From IMG/VR virus record IMGVR_UViG_3300037087_000772, positions 1-64,000 of that record: 64,000 bases of DNA; one strand, given 5' to 3'. Below the pieces are notes generated by a model that did no database searches, was not told where the DNA came from, and saw nothing but the letters and a program-made list of their open reading frames with translations. The position numbers were made by a program, and so were the translations under genes. Within the stretch, counting starts at the first letter, position 1, and every line of letters starts with the position of its first letter. Positions 36,620 to 46,271 of the stretch are shown here, piece after piece. This stretch comes from a virus (lineage: Duplodnaviria; Heunggongvirae; Uroviricota; Caudoviricetes).

Positions 36620-36993
36620 TTCAATAAACTTTTAAACAAATCCAATTTCTTTTTAGCATTTACTTCACCAGAATTAAAATCACCAGCCAATTCACTTCCG
36701 TAACTATTCCATGCTGATACAGCGGAATCATGTTCTTTTTCATATTCTTTTTCCAATTTTGGAATTTCTATTTCTATATGAGTACGGAAATGTTTTTGTA
36801 ATAATATTTTTAACTCTTTACTGAATTTCTCAGAACATCTATATTCGGTATCAATTACCTCGATATTAGTAAATTGTTTTTCCTCTAACATTTTATTTAA
36901 AATCTTATCGGATTGAATCGAATTATTTTTTGTTTGAGTGTAAAGATTGATCAGATCTTCAAATGCTGTAGTTTCTTTTGTTTCTTTTTCCAT
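36616..36993 (-). CDS. hypothetical protein
   Basis: 125-aa ORF. Confidence 0.35.
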   Translation of the reverse strand: MEKETKETTAFEDLINLYTQTKNNSIQSDKILNKMLEEKQFTNIEVIDTEYRCSEKFSKELKILLQKHFRTHIEIEIPKLEKEYEKEHDSAVSAWNSYGSELAGDFNSGEVNAKKKLDLFKSLLK

Positions 36994-36997
36994 ATTA

Positions 36998-37240
36998 TTA
37001 TTGATATATTTTTATCACCGATGATTTAAATTCTTCGATAGATTGAAATTGGACATTATGACCACCAACTCTAAAATCAAGTAAATCATCTTTGATATTA
37101 AAAGTATGAGTGAACAACATAGTTTCTTTATCGAAAACACCAGATTGTTTTTTCATATACCAAATTTTATTATTCTTAAATTGTGGTGTTTGGATTTGAC
37201 ATTCGATTAATTGTTTATCTGGAATTTCTATGTTCTTCAT
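36998..37240 (-). CDS. small hypothetical protein
   Basis: 80-aa ORF. Confidence 0.3.
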   Translation of the reverse strand: MKNIEIPDKQLIECQIQTPQFKNNKIWYMKKQSGVFDKETMLFTHTFNIKDDLLDFRVGGHNVQFQSIEEFKSSVIKIYQ

Positions 37241-37454
37241 ATGCTTTAATTATTTTATTGAGAATAAATGCTTCCATATCTATCATACATTTTCCATATC
37301 CATCTGGAGTTTTTTCAGTAAAATTAGAAGCGGTATCAGCTACGGCATCATGTGAGATAGACATTGTAAAATCATTTATAGTAAAATGAAACATTCCGAA
37401 TTGATATGGATCAAAAAGAATTTTATATCCACCAAATTCAATTTCTTTTTTCAT
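37215..37454 (-). CDS. small hypothetical protein
   Basis: 79-aa ORF. Confidence 0.3.
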   Translation of the reverse strand: MKKEIEFGGYKILFDPYQFGMFHFTINDFTMSISHDAVADTASNFTEKTPDGYGKCMIDMEAFILNKIIKAYEEHRNSR

Positions 37455-37966
37455 TTACTTTTTTTATTTTTCGCTGTTATAAGATCATGAATAGCCTTAA
37501 TAATTTTGGCATAAAATTTATCCAAATTGTAAACTATTTCTTGTTCTGGTCTTGCTAATTTGGTTTGAATTTCGACATCGGATATTCTCTCATATTCTTC
37601 ATCACAACCTATTACTATTTTTGTCGGTTGAGATGTACCATGTTTACCAAGTTCATATAATACAATTGGATTTAGAGATCCTTTGGAGAACCAAAAAACA
37701 ATAATATCAGATTCTCTTAATCCCTTGTATTCCCATGTTATTTGTTCTACACTGGCATTGGGATCATCAATCGGGAAATTTTTTCTACGGGGGTTAAGTA
37801 CTGTAACTTGATCTAATAAATATTTATCATATTCTTTTTTTTCAGCTTTCATTTTTTCAATGAGTTCAGCCTGCCAATCTGGACAATTGGTTATACCACC
37901 AGCCAAAAATAATTTTAATTCATTTTCTTCCTGTGGCTTATTCGGGGCTTCTATAATTTCTAACAT
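37451..37966 (-). CDS. nucleoside 2-deoxyribosyltransferase-like / DNPH1-like protein
   Basis: 171 aa; KLFLAGGITNCPDWQ…ESDIIVFWF…LYELGKHG fits the Nuc_deoxyrib_tr-like fold signature. Confidence 0.45.
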   Translation of the reverse strand: MLEIIEAPNKPQEENELKLFLAGGITNCPDWQAELIEKMKAEKKEYDKYLLDQVTVLNPRRKNFPIDDPNASVEQITWEYKGLRESDIIVFWFSKGSLNPIVLYELGKHGTSQPTKIVIGCDEEYERISDVEIQTKLARPEQEIVYNLDKFYAKIIKAIHDLITAKNKKSK

Positions 37967-38009
37967 ATTTAATATTTTTTGTTTTTATATTCGAAATATG
38001 TCGAAATGT

Positions 38010-38447
38010 TTATTTTAATATTAAATACAAAAAATTAATTATGGCTGATATGATAATAGTAACTGAACAAAGTGTCGGAATATATATTCCTATTACTTTT
38101 CTTCTTCCATTTCCTGATAAATCATCTATGATTGTAGCTGGGTGTGATTCGTCTTTATGTAGGTCATCGATTATGAAATTCAATTTCTTCTGATTCCATC
38201 TGAGTACACCAGAGAACATAGTTGTAATTATGGCCCCAAAAATAAGTATCACTTCACCAATCCACACACTTTTAGCACCACTAAAACCAGCTATCGTAAT
38301 AGAAAAAAAGATCAAAAAGTAGTTAAATCTTTGACATAAAAGATTTTCAATGAACATTCTCTCTTGGCTCATATCCCATACTGGAGATAATTTATCTCTA
38401 TCAGAAGCCTTGATTGGTTTATGTTCTCTTAGTTCATTCATCATCAT
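38010..38447 (-). CDS. membrane protein (3-4 TM helices)
   Basis: 145-aa ORF with hydrophobic segments. Confidence 0.4.
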   Translation of the reverse strand: MMMNELREHKPIKASDRDKLSPVWDMSQERMFIENLLCQRFNYFLIFFSITIAGFSGAKSVWIGEVILIFGAIITTMFSGVLRWNQKKLNFIIDDLHKDESHPATIIDDLSGNGRRKVIGIYIPTLCSVTIIISAIINFLYLILK

Positions 38448-38745
38448 CTGGATTAAAACTCACGACATCACTCGGTATTTCTTCTGTCAAATCTTTAAAA
38501 TCTTCATTTTCTTGGTCGTAAGTACAACAAATAGCAATTAAATCAAAACGAAGATTCTCCAAATCTTTTTCGATATCTTGAGCTTCTATCTTAACATTTT
38601 TAGATTTATAACTACTCAGTTCCTCCAAATAATCTTTCCTCAAAGAATTATTTAATTTTTCAACAAGACTGATATAATTAAAAAGAGCTTGTTTTCTTAC
38701 ATTATTAAAATTTATATTCATTCCTACTGTTTTCTTTTCGATCAT
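38434..38745 (-). CDS. hypothetical protein
   Basis: 103-aa ORF. Confidence 0.3.
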   Translation of the reverse strand: MIEKKTVGMNINFNNVRKQALFNYISLVEKLNNSLRKDYLEELSSYKSKNVKIEAQDIEKDLENLRFDLIAICCTYDQENEDFKDLTEEIPSDVVSFNPDDDE

Positions 38746-39071
38746 ACAAACATTTTTAAAACATCAAAACCACTATCATAACGGACACCACAACGAATCA
38801 GATAAATGATTTCATTTTCTATTCGTGTAATATTATCAGACCAATCTATCCATTTTAATTCCTGTAATTCCATTAAATATATTTCATCGTGTTCCGCCCC
38901 TCTGATAATATCTTTATTTCTATGTTCATCCTTTAATAATAAATTAGAAATAAGTTTGAATGCACATAAATCGGGAGATTCCGAAAATTTTTCATCAAGA
39001 GGAATTCTATCAAATTTCAGATACTCATCCTCGTGTTTTTTAAATAGTTCAATAATTTTTTCTCGTTCCAT
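38742..39071 (-). CDS. hypothetical protein
   Basis: 109-aa ORF. Confidence 0.35.
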   Translation of the reverse strand: MEREKIIELFKKHEDEYLKFDRIPLDEKFSESPDLCAFKLISNLLLKDEHRNKDIIRGAEHDEIYLMELQELKWIDWSDNITRIENEIIYLIRCGVRYDSGFDVLKMFV

Positions 39072-39072
39072 A

Positions 39073-39468
39073 TTATTTCATATTTATAGACCAACATGAA
39101 GTTTTCATATTTAATTGTCCTGTTTTATTTTTTATTTTTAACCACACAGAATCTTTTAATCGTCTTGATTTTTTACCAATAATTAGATGAAATATATTTT
39201 TATATTTTTTCACAGTAACATCTTCCACTGTTCTTCCATCTAAATCATAGTCTTTTAACCACGAATCATTCCACCAATAATAACCCATTCCATAATAATA
39301 AAAATGACGATAATAAGTTTTTATGGCTGTAACTTCAAGTATACCATTATCATCATTTATAGTGACATTTTCCAAGACTTCTTCATTGTAATATTTTTTA
39401 TCACTTAATAGAAAACAATCTTGTCCACCATGAAAATCATATATTCCGTACTTAGTTTGTTTAATCAT
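39073..39468 (-). CDS. hypothetical protein
   Basis: 131-aa ORF. Confidence 0.35.
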   Translation of the reverse strand: MIKQTKYGIYDFHGGQDCFLLSDKKYYNEEVLENVTINDDNGILEVTAIKTYYRHFYYYGMGYYWWNDSWLKDYDLDGRTVEDVTVKKYKNIFHLIIGKKSRRLKDSVWLKIKNKTGQLNMKTSCWSINMK

Positions 39469-39851
39469 ATATTATTATTTAAAATTTCACCTAAATTTCT
39501 ACTTCTTTTCTGATTCACTCTAGCTTCATCCTCAATCCAATAATCATAAAAATCACCATCGTCCAGAATGTAATTCATAATTGCTTGATGATGATAATAA
39601 TCGAAATTTATAACACTTCTTATCATTTCATCATCTGACCACGGCTGTTCCTTATCACGAATTATTCTTTTAGATACTCCAACTATTGTATCTCCGGGTG
39701 TTGTAGGGGTAACACTGAACCAACCAAATAATTCACCTTCTTGTATATCATTCTTATCCTGAGTCTTAAATAACTTACCATCCCTCACCACATATTTCCA
39801 TCTGTATCCATCAAATGGTCTATCATTCATATTTAATACCTCGACTATCAT
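39465..39851 (-). CDS. hypothetical protein
   Basis: 128-aa ORF. Confidence 0.35.
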   Translation of the reverse strand: MIVEVLNMNDRPFDGYRWKYVVRDGKLFKTQDKNDIQEGELFGWFSVTPTTPGDTIVGVSKRIIRDKEQPWSDDEMIRSVINFDYYHHQAIMNYILDDGDFYDYWIEDEARVNQKRSRNLGEILNNNI

Positions 39852-40366
39852 ACTAATTTCATTTTTAATCCCATTTTTTGCATTTTCAAAACCACTTCTG
39901 CGTTTCCCATAGCATCATCTACTGGATGATGTGAATGTTTTGTTTCTCTCAGATGTTTCCATTGTGTATAAACATCCATTTTCATACCACAATATAAATC
40001 ACCGATCCTTCTTCCACTCCATCCAAAAGGATTATCTTCTAAATACCAATGAAAATACCAATCAATCCATTTCCAATCATAGGCTAAATTATCTGACATG
40101 AAAACTGGTTTACCCACATTGGTTTTTTTAATCCATTCGAAGAATTTTATCATTGTTTCTTTTGGATCATCAAATTTCAAATGTTCTTCTCTGGAAAAAC
40201 CACTTATCGCCAAGGCGTCTGGTTTCCATAATTCAGAGATTGGTTTAGTCGTTCCATAGAAAGTATCAGATAATCCAATTTTTACTTTAACTACACCAAA
40301 ACATACCATTGAATACTTCGGTGGAATTGGTCCATCTGATTCAACATCTATTACATAAAAACTCAT
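39848..40366 (-). CDS. DEDDh-family 3'-5' exonuclease (DnaQ-like)
   Basis: 172 aa; FYVIDVESDG is Exo I (DxE); YDWKWIDWYF is Exo II-like; HHPVDDAMGNA is Exo III (H-x4-D). Confidence 0.55.
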   Translation of the reverse strand: MSFYVIDVESDGPIPPKYSMVCFGVVKVKIGLSDTFYGTTKPISELWKPDALAISGFSREEHLKFDDPKETMIKFFEWIKKTNVGKPVFMSDNLAYDWKWIDWYFHWYLEDNPFGWSGRRIGDLYCGMKMDVYTQWKHLRETKHSHHPVDDAMGNAEVVLKMQKMGLKMKLV

Positions 40367-40371
40367 AACTC

Positions 40372-40617
40372 TTAATAATTAAATGACCTAAATTGATTTA
40401 ATTGAGTGTCCCAATCCATTGAAAGATTATACACTTCCATAACACTTTGCATGTCTTTTCCATTGTATTCTTCCTTTACTTTATGGACATCTTCATTCGA
40501 ATGAACAAAAACTGGATAATCATCATAATCGAAAGTATCACATACTACAATCATGTGAGTTGCTTTTTCTTTTTTCCCTCTTTTTAACCATCCTTTAATT
40601 TCTTCTTGTGTTGTCAT
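40372..40617 (-). CDS. small hypothetical protein
   Basis: 81-aa ORF. Confidence 0.3.
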   Translation of the reverse strand: MTTQEEIKGWLKRGKKEKATHMIVVCDTFDYDDYPVFVHSNEDVHKVKEEYNGKDMQSVMEVYNLSMDWDTQLNQFRSFNY

Positions 40618-41090
40618 AATTCATTTTCCTTTTTTGCTATTAAATCACCTAAAATATAAATTCTATCCCCATCAGCTGGATGTTTGTCAATTATAAAGAA
40701 ATACCATTCATTCAATTTATTCTTTATATCCGCTTTTATCATAAACTCTATTGATTCTTTGGTATATTTATTCCATCTTTCTAATTCTAATTCTTTTGTT
40801 AAACCATAGAAAAAATTTATCAATTCTTTTTCTTTTTCCTTAGAATAATCCCCAATTTTAAATTTACGAGAATAAATGGGGTTTGTCATATAATATAGAC
40901 CTAATGATAGTGGTGATACTTCCGTAAAATTATATTCTTTAAGTATTCTGTTTTTATTGTTCAGAAACCATTCCCAATCTTCGGCCTCTGTTTCATTTAA
41001 GAATCTTTTTTCATCTTTGGTAATGAAGTAATCAGTTATGATTGGTTTAAAAAACCAGCCTCTACTTTTCTTTTCTGTTATTTTTTTCAT
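40614..41090 (-). CDS. hypothetical protein
   Basis: 158-aa ORF. Confidence 0.4.
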   Translation of the reverse strand: MKKITEKKSRGWFFKPIITDYFITKDEKRFLNETEAEDWEWFLNNKNRILKEYNFTEVSPLSLGLYYMTNPIYSRKFKIGDYSKEKEKELINFFYGLTKELELERWNKYTKESIEFMIKADIKNKLNEWYFFIIDKHPADGDRIYILGDLIAKKENEL

Positions 41091-41093
41091 AAA

Positions 41094-41408
41094 TTAATCA
41101 TTTGGATTGTGATTCTTTATACATCTTTCAATATCTTCTTCTGACCATAATTGATCCTCTCTAAACTCTTTTATAATACGAACACTTATTGATTGGTAAT
41201 GACGATTATATTTTTTCAATAAATCTTCAATGATTTTTTTAAACTTTTTTTGATTTTTTGTATTTTCTCCGTCAACATAAAAATCATATCCAAGAGTTGG
41301 TGGCCCCCCACATTTAATATCAGCGTAATCATTCATTCCACAAAAAACATCGAAATGGTAAGCTGACACAAGATTAACTGTTTTTTTCATAGTTATAATT
41401 TTTATCAT
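41094..41408 (-). CDS. hypothetical protein
   Basis: 104-aa ORF. Confidence 0.35.
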   Translation of the reverse strand: MIKIITMKKTVNLVSAYHFDVFCGMNDYADIKCGGPPTLGYDFYVDGENTKNQKKFKKIIEDLLKKYNRHYQSISVRIIKEFREDQLWSEEDIERCIKNHNPND

Positions 41409-41443
41409 GAATAATATACAAAAAATATTTCAGAAATAAAAAT

Positions 41444-41671
41444 TTATTTGATATTTTCTAATTTATTCACATCAAGTTTCATGGAAAAACTTTTAATCAC
41501 ATCACCATCTATAATAGCGAATGAGTCTTGTGGATAAAATTTATAATCTCTTGCTATCGAATTAAATTTATGTTCGATTTCAGAAGATGTCATTCTATTA
41601 ATGAATATTTCACCATCCATTACTTCTTGATAAATGACTAAAAATGTTCTTTCTTTTTCTTTCTTTTTCAT
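41444..41671 (-). CDS. small hypothetical protein
   Basis: 75-aa ORF. Confidence 0.3.
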   Translation of the reverse strand: MKKKEKERTFLVIYQEVMDGEIFINRMTSSEIEHKFNSIARDYKFYPQDSFAIIDGDVIKSFSMKLDVNKLENIK

Positions 41672-41710
41672 ATCTATTATATCATTTTTTCACAACAAAG
41701 TTTTGAGCAA

Positions 41711-41742
41711 AAAAAAGTCGGAACTGAGTCCGACTTTTTTGT
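41711..41742 (-). terminator. strong (bidirectional) rho-independent terminator immediately downstream of the major capsid gene
   Basis: AAAAAAAGTCGGAactgagTCCGACTTTTTT, with an A-run on one side and a T-run on the other. Confidence 0.7.
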
Positions 41743-41763
41743 ATATGGTAATTAAACCTACTA

Positions 41764-43593
41764 TTAGATTAAGTAACCATGTGTATCAGTAACTTTAATA
41801 CTCATGTATTGTTTTTCTGGGAAGAAACCGATATCAGATACTGCGTATCTTGAACGGATTAACATTCTTGGTGCCCATGTTGCTTCACTGATTAAACTGA
41901 TAGACTGTGCCATCAAATAAGGAATGAAAACAAGACCCGGCTGGTCAATTGTGTTCTTTCTTCCTACGAAGATTTGATTGTCATCCCATCTCATGTAAGG
42001 ATCTACATAAATTTGGATGTTACCGATGTTACCCATTGGGTATAACTGACCGTTGGTGTTTAATTTACCAACATTGGTTGGGTTAAGTGTGTAACCAGCG
42101 ATATCTTGTAATACGGAAGCGATGTTACCGTTTGTTACTAAATATTGAGCTGGTCCAATTCTACCATCAGTAGCGATGAAGTTAGAAGCGTTGTTGATCT
42201 TGGCAACTAACTTTCTTTGAATTGTGTGGGTTGTTTCACCACCCGGTGCGTAACCAGTTGCTGACAAGTAGGTATCAACATTGAAGTCAAATTTACTTGT
42301 TCCGTCTGCGTTCTTTGGACAGGTGTTTGAAATTCTGTTCTTAGCTGCCAAACTTCTGATCTTAGCTACGATTTCTTTTGAAATAACCTGAGTTAATTCA
42401 TTGATAAGAACACCTTCCAATTTCTGAACGATGTCCATTCCAGTAGCGGCTTTAATATCCTCAATTTGAGTTCTCTTTAAAGCTGAACTGATTTCGATGT
42501 CACCAACGGTAACAACTTTTGTGAATACGTCAGGACCAATAACACCCGGATAGGTCTTTTCATCCTGATATCTGTTCATTGCACCACCACCGTTTGACTT
42601 GTAGTTATCTCTGTCTGCGGCTGCTTGAGCTGACCATGCATCTTCGAAACCATTTTGTCCTGCTGAAAATCCCGGTAATTGATCTTCCAATAAGGAAACC
42701 AATGTGATTGTGGCACCAGTGATATAACTTGTCCAAGTTGGAACAACTGATGTAGTTGTACCTGAAGCGTAGACGAAACCACCGATTAAAGTAGTTGTCA
42801 TGGCTGTAGTTTGGTCAAATGTATTCTTAGCTGCTGTCCAAGCTGAACCATCTTGTGGTAATACTGGACCAACTGAGAAACCAGCTTGACGATAACATCT
42901 GAAAATTGGTAATCCATCAATTCTGGAGAATCCTAAGAATTCCAACCAGTTTACTTTTGATGCTGTTCCCGGACCACTTATTAAGGTTTTACCACTACCA
43001 CCAAAGGTTGTGTCACTACCTAAATAAACCCAAGTTCTCTTATCAATTCCACCAATTCTTTCTTGAATCTGATAAACACCTAATTGCCATTTCAAATCAG
43101 CGATGATAGCTGCTGTAATAGTAGCTGCTGTTGCACCACCACCTTGTAATTTGAAAACCAATGGTCTTTGTTCAGCTTCTTGATCTTCACGAGATCCATC
43201 ACCATAAGCATTATCGTATTTGAAATCTACGAATAACAACTCAATTCTTGGAGAAGCGGTTGGTTTTACAGCTACTAAATCTAAACCGATTGTTTGAGCT
43301 GCGATCTTCATTGATACTGGAAGTAAATTCTGTGCAACATCACCACTACCGATGTTACCAGCACCTGCTTGCCATACTGAAGATGGGATAGTTCCAACTG
43401 TTGGAGCTAAAATGTTACCCATACCGTTTTGGTTAAGGTTGACATATGCCACGTTTTCATTGATATGAAGCTGGTGCATTTCAGCGTATTCGGCCATCCA
43501 TTCTCTTTTTTCTTCGTCCTTTACTTTTAAGGCTTCGAGGATTGGTGTCCATTTCTTTAAAGCTTTTGCTTTGTCTACTATAAAGTGTGTCAT
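41764..43593 (-). CDS. major capsid protein, T4 gp23-like
   Basis: 609 aa. Position in the portal–protease/scaffold–MCP order; N-terminal propeptide-like region; overall resemblance to gp23, including the C-terminal segment (…PYLMAQSISLISEATWAPRMLIRSRYAV…). TATAAATA-like motif about 25 nt upstream of the ATG; strong terminator downstream. Confidence 0.75.
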   Translation of the reverse strand: MTHFIVDKAKALKKWTPILEALKVKDEEKREWMAEYAEMHQLHINENVAYVNLNQNGMGNILAPTVGTIPSSVWQAGAGNIGSGDVAQNLLPVSMKIAAQTIGLDLVAVKPTASPRIELLFVDFKYDNAYGDGSREDQEAEQRPLVFKLQGGGATAATITAAIIADLKWQLGVYQIQERIGGIDKRTWVYLGSDTTFGGSGKTLISGPGTASKVNWLEFLGFSRIDGLPIFRCYRQAGFSVGPVLPQDGSAWTAAKNTFDQTTAMTTTLIGGFVYASGTTTSVVPTWTSYITGATITLVSLLEDQLPGFSAGQNGFEDAWSAQAAADRDNYKSNGGGAMNRYQDEKTYPGVIGPDVFTKVVTVGDIEISSALKRTQIEDIKAATGMDIVQKLEGVLINELTQVISKEIVAKIRSLAAKNRISNTCPKNADGTSKFDFNVDTYLSATGYAPGGETTHTIQRKLVAKINNASNFIATDGRIGPAQYLVTNGNIASVLQDIAGYTLNPTNVGKLNTNGQLYPMGNIGNIQIYVDPYMRWDDNQIFVGRKNTIDQPGLVFIPYLMAQSISLISEATWAPRMLIRSRYAVSDIGFFPEKQYMSIKVTDTHGYLI

Positions 43594-43697
43594 AGTTTAT
43601 TTTTTTATTATTTTTTTATTTATATATTTAATCAAAAAACTCACTTTTTTCCATTTTACCTGAATTAGTGGTAATTAAACATATAATTTTAACAGAT

Positions 43698-46154
43698 TTA
43701 GTATCTGTTAAGAACATTTTTCATATGCTCAACTTGTTCATCAGAAAGTGAATAATTATCGTATGTATTTATGTTTTCATTCAATACTTTCTTTCCTGTG
43801 TTAGCTTGTGCATATTGTAGAAGATCTCTGGTTAACCAGAATGATTCTACTTTTTTCTCCGTAGTTAAGTCAGTATAGAATTGTGCTGTATCTAAAATAC
43901 TTTCTTGTACTTTCGGATTTAATTTTTCCCAAATTGGCTGTAAGTCACTTGGAATATTTTCAACCAATGTTTCATTTAATGATCTGGTTGGTTTGAACAA
44001 TGCTTTCTGCATTAATATAAGAACATCACTTTCGTTTGAATAATTTCCCTTGTTTTCGTTCATGACAAAGTTTACTTTTTCCTTATCTTCTGGAGTTAAA
44101 CCATAATAAGCGGCTTTCTTCTTTTCAGGTAAGAATAATAAGAAGTGAGGATCTTCTGTCTTAGCGGCTTCGCGTTTTTTAGCGGCTTCGATGAGTTTCT
44201 TTATGTCTTTTGTTATCTGATTCGTATTTTCGTAAATTTTGGTTGTACCTAAAATTGTAAGTCTACTTTCTTCGACTTCAACTTCTTCGCCAGTATCTCC
44301 CATTTTTACAACTACAATTTTTGTAGTATCATCTGTTGCGAGAACTTCACCTGTACGAGTTGGTTCTTCAGTAGCTCCTTCAGTACCTTCTGGTTGTGCT
44401 GTTTCTTCATCTTTATCTCCCTTAACAGTAACAATCATACCCGGAGTAATACCTAAACCTGTTTCTTCTTGTGGTGGAACTTCCTCAGTATTTACACCTT
44501 CAGCATCCTGAGCTGGTGTTTCTTCTACTGGTGGTGTTTCACCTTGTACTGGTGCTTCCTGAGCTGGTTTTTCTTCAGCTGGAGGTGTTTCCTGAGCCGG
44601 TTCTTCAACCTTAGGTTCTTCTGTTGCACCATCTGCTGGTTTTTCTTCTGGTTTATCTTCATAATAATTTGAAGGATCATCAGTTGTCATATCACCAATG
44701 GCTTCAGTAACACCTAATTTCTCAACAACTCTCTTTGTGTAGTCAATGTGTCTATCAATGACTTCTGCTTCATATTTTTGATAAGCGATAGAATCGGTAA
44801 GATTTTCAGCCAACATTTCTGAATAACGGATACCGTTATCAGTTTGTTCTGCTACATATTCACCATATCTGATAGCGTTATCTACATGCTCGGCGATGTA
44901 TTGAGTATAATCAACAATCTTTTCTGCACTTTCACTGATGTAATCGGCGTAATCAACAAGATTGTCAACCGTTTCGGCTACATATTCAGCGTACATAATG
45001 TTCTTATCGAGATGTTCTGCGATATAATCAGCGTAATCAGCTATCTTATCAAAGTTTTCAGCGATGTATTCACTATATTTAATAGTGTTTTCAGTCTGTT
45101 CAGCTACATATTCGATAAAACTAATACCGTTATCTAACTTTTCAGCGATGTATTTTTGATAATCAATAACTTGGTCGGTTGTACCTGCTAAATAATCAAT
45201 ATAACCAATTGTTTTTTCGACTGCTTCTGCGATGTGGTCGTTGTGTTCGATAATGAGTTTTGTTTTTTCTTTGTTTTTCTCAACTCTTTCTTCCAGTTTG
45301 TCGTTTGTTTTCTTCAACTGTTTGTTTTCTTGAACTAAAACATTAATCGCGTCTGCTATCTGATCAAGATATTCGGCCATTCTTTTTTGACCCTCGGATA
45401 ATGTTTCGAATTCTTCATAAAGGCGAGAGAGTTTTTCCGGATCGAAATTCTTTGAATTAAGAGTTTCTTCAATGGAATTTTTTGTTTTCAATAACTCACT
45501 GTCTAAATAGGATTTGAACTCTTCCAATTTTGTCTGAGTTCCAATTTCGTTTTTTTCCATATTGAACAATTCATTTATTTTTGACTCCTCAGATATATCG
45601 AATATCCTGAAGTTTAAATTTTCATTGAATCCCAATGATTCATTCATGTTTTTCAATTCCATTCGGGCTGAACTAAATCCGGGGTCTGCAACACAATCAT
45701 AGGTGAATAACTTTTTAATTGTTACTTCACCATTCGATTCTGTTACACCGGCAGCTCTACTGGAAACGAAAATAGGTAGGTCATCATCTACAAGAGCTTG
45801 TGCTTCCTTTCCATAAAAGGTATTAGTTAATTTAATTTCTCCATCAACTCTATTGGTTTCCTTTATAAACCAAGCATTTTGAATTGTATGAGAAATACGA
45901 GTTAAGCTAGTATCAAATACATCTGGATGATCAAACTCTCCATAGACAACTTTTAACAGTTTTTTTCTTTCTAATAATTCACTAAGATGGGGTAAGAATT
46001 TCTCTGCGGTGTAAATCCTGTCATTTCTATTTCTAATATTGAATTCTGTAAAAATACCCTTCATGATATATAGGATATTACCCTTACTACTTACGACCTC
46101 ATTGATTTTCTCCAGACCACCCAATGTATTATCAATTATTATTACATTTTTCAT
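43698..46154 (-). CDS. prohead core protease (T4 gp21/S77-like N-terminal domain) fused to a repeat-rich acidic scaffold (gp22-like) region
   Basis: 818 aa. N-terminal …YIMKGIFTEFNIRNRNDRIYTAEKF… resembles the prohead protease family. The central ~180 aa has about 10-12 tandem 14-aa repeats (xYxEYVAExxDxxI). It is followed by a Pro/Glu/Thr-rich acidic linker and a C-terminal domain. Confidence 0.6.
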   Translation of the reverse strand: MKNVIIIDNTLGGLEKINEVVSSKGNILYIMKGIFTEFNIRNRNDRIYTAEKFLPHLSELLERKKLLKVVYGEFDHPDVFDTSLTRISHTIQNAWFIKETNRVDGEIKLTNTFYGKEAQALVDDDLPIFVSSRAAGVTESNGEVTIKKLFTYDCVADPGFSSARMELKNMNESLGFNENLNFRIFDISEESKINELFNMEKNEIGTQTKLEEFKSYLDSELLKTKNSIEETLNSKNFDPEKLSRLYEEFETLSEGQKRMAEYLDQIADAINVLVQENKQLKKTNDKLEERVEKNKEKTKLIIEHNDHIAEAVEKTIGYIDYLAGTTDQVIDYQKYIAEKLDNGISFIEYVAEQTENTIKYSEYIAENFDKIADYADYIAEHLDKNIMYAEYVAETVDNLVDYADYISESAEKIVDYTQYIAEHVDNAIRYGEYVAEQTDNGIRYSEMLAENLTDSIAYQKYEAEVIDRHIDYTKRVVEKLGVTEAIGDMTTDDPSNYYEDKPEEKPADGATEEPKVEEPAQETPPAEEKPAQEAPVQGETPPVEETPAQDAEGVNTEEVPPQEETGLGITPGMIVTVKGDKDEETAQPEGTEGATEEPTRTGEVLATDDTTKIVVVKMGDTGEEVEVEESRLTILGTTKIYENTNQITKDIKKLIEAAKKREAAKTEDPHFLLFLPEKKKAAYYGLTPEDKEKVNFVMNENKGNYSNESDVLILMQKALFKPTRSLNETLVENIPSDLQPIWEKLNPKVQESILDTAQFYTDLTTEKKVESFWLTRDLLQYAQANTGKKVLNENINTYDNYSLSDEQVEHMKNVLNRY

Positions 46155-46271
46155 AGTCTATGGTTTCAATGCTTTTTTTATATATATTCACCAAATAATA
46201 TGGTATTTTTCCATTAAAAAGATATGTTTGACCTCAACTGATTAATATATAACAAGAAAACCCTTTAAAGC

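Noticed and set aside
44239-45137. Plus-strand ORFs 44239..44511, 44469..44672 and 44844..45137 (Ser/Thr/Val-rich or Phe/Trp/Cys-rich).
   Set aside because: They lie antisense inside the protease–scaffold gene, exactly over its repeat and low-complexity regions. They are shadow ORFs created by the repeats, not genes.
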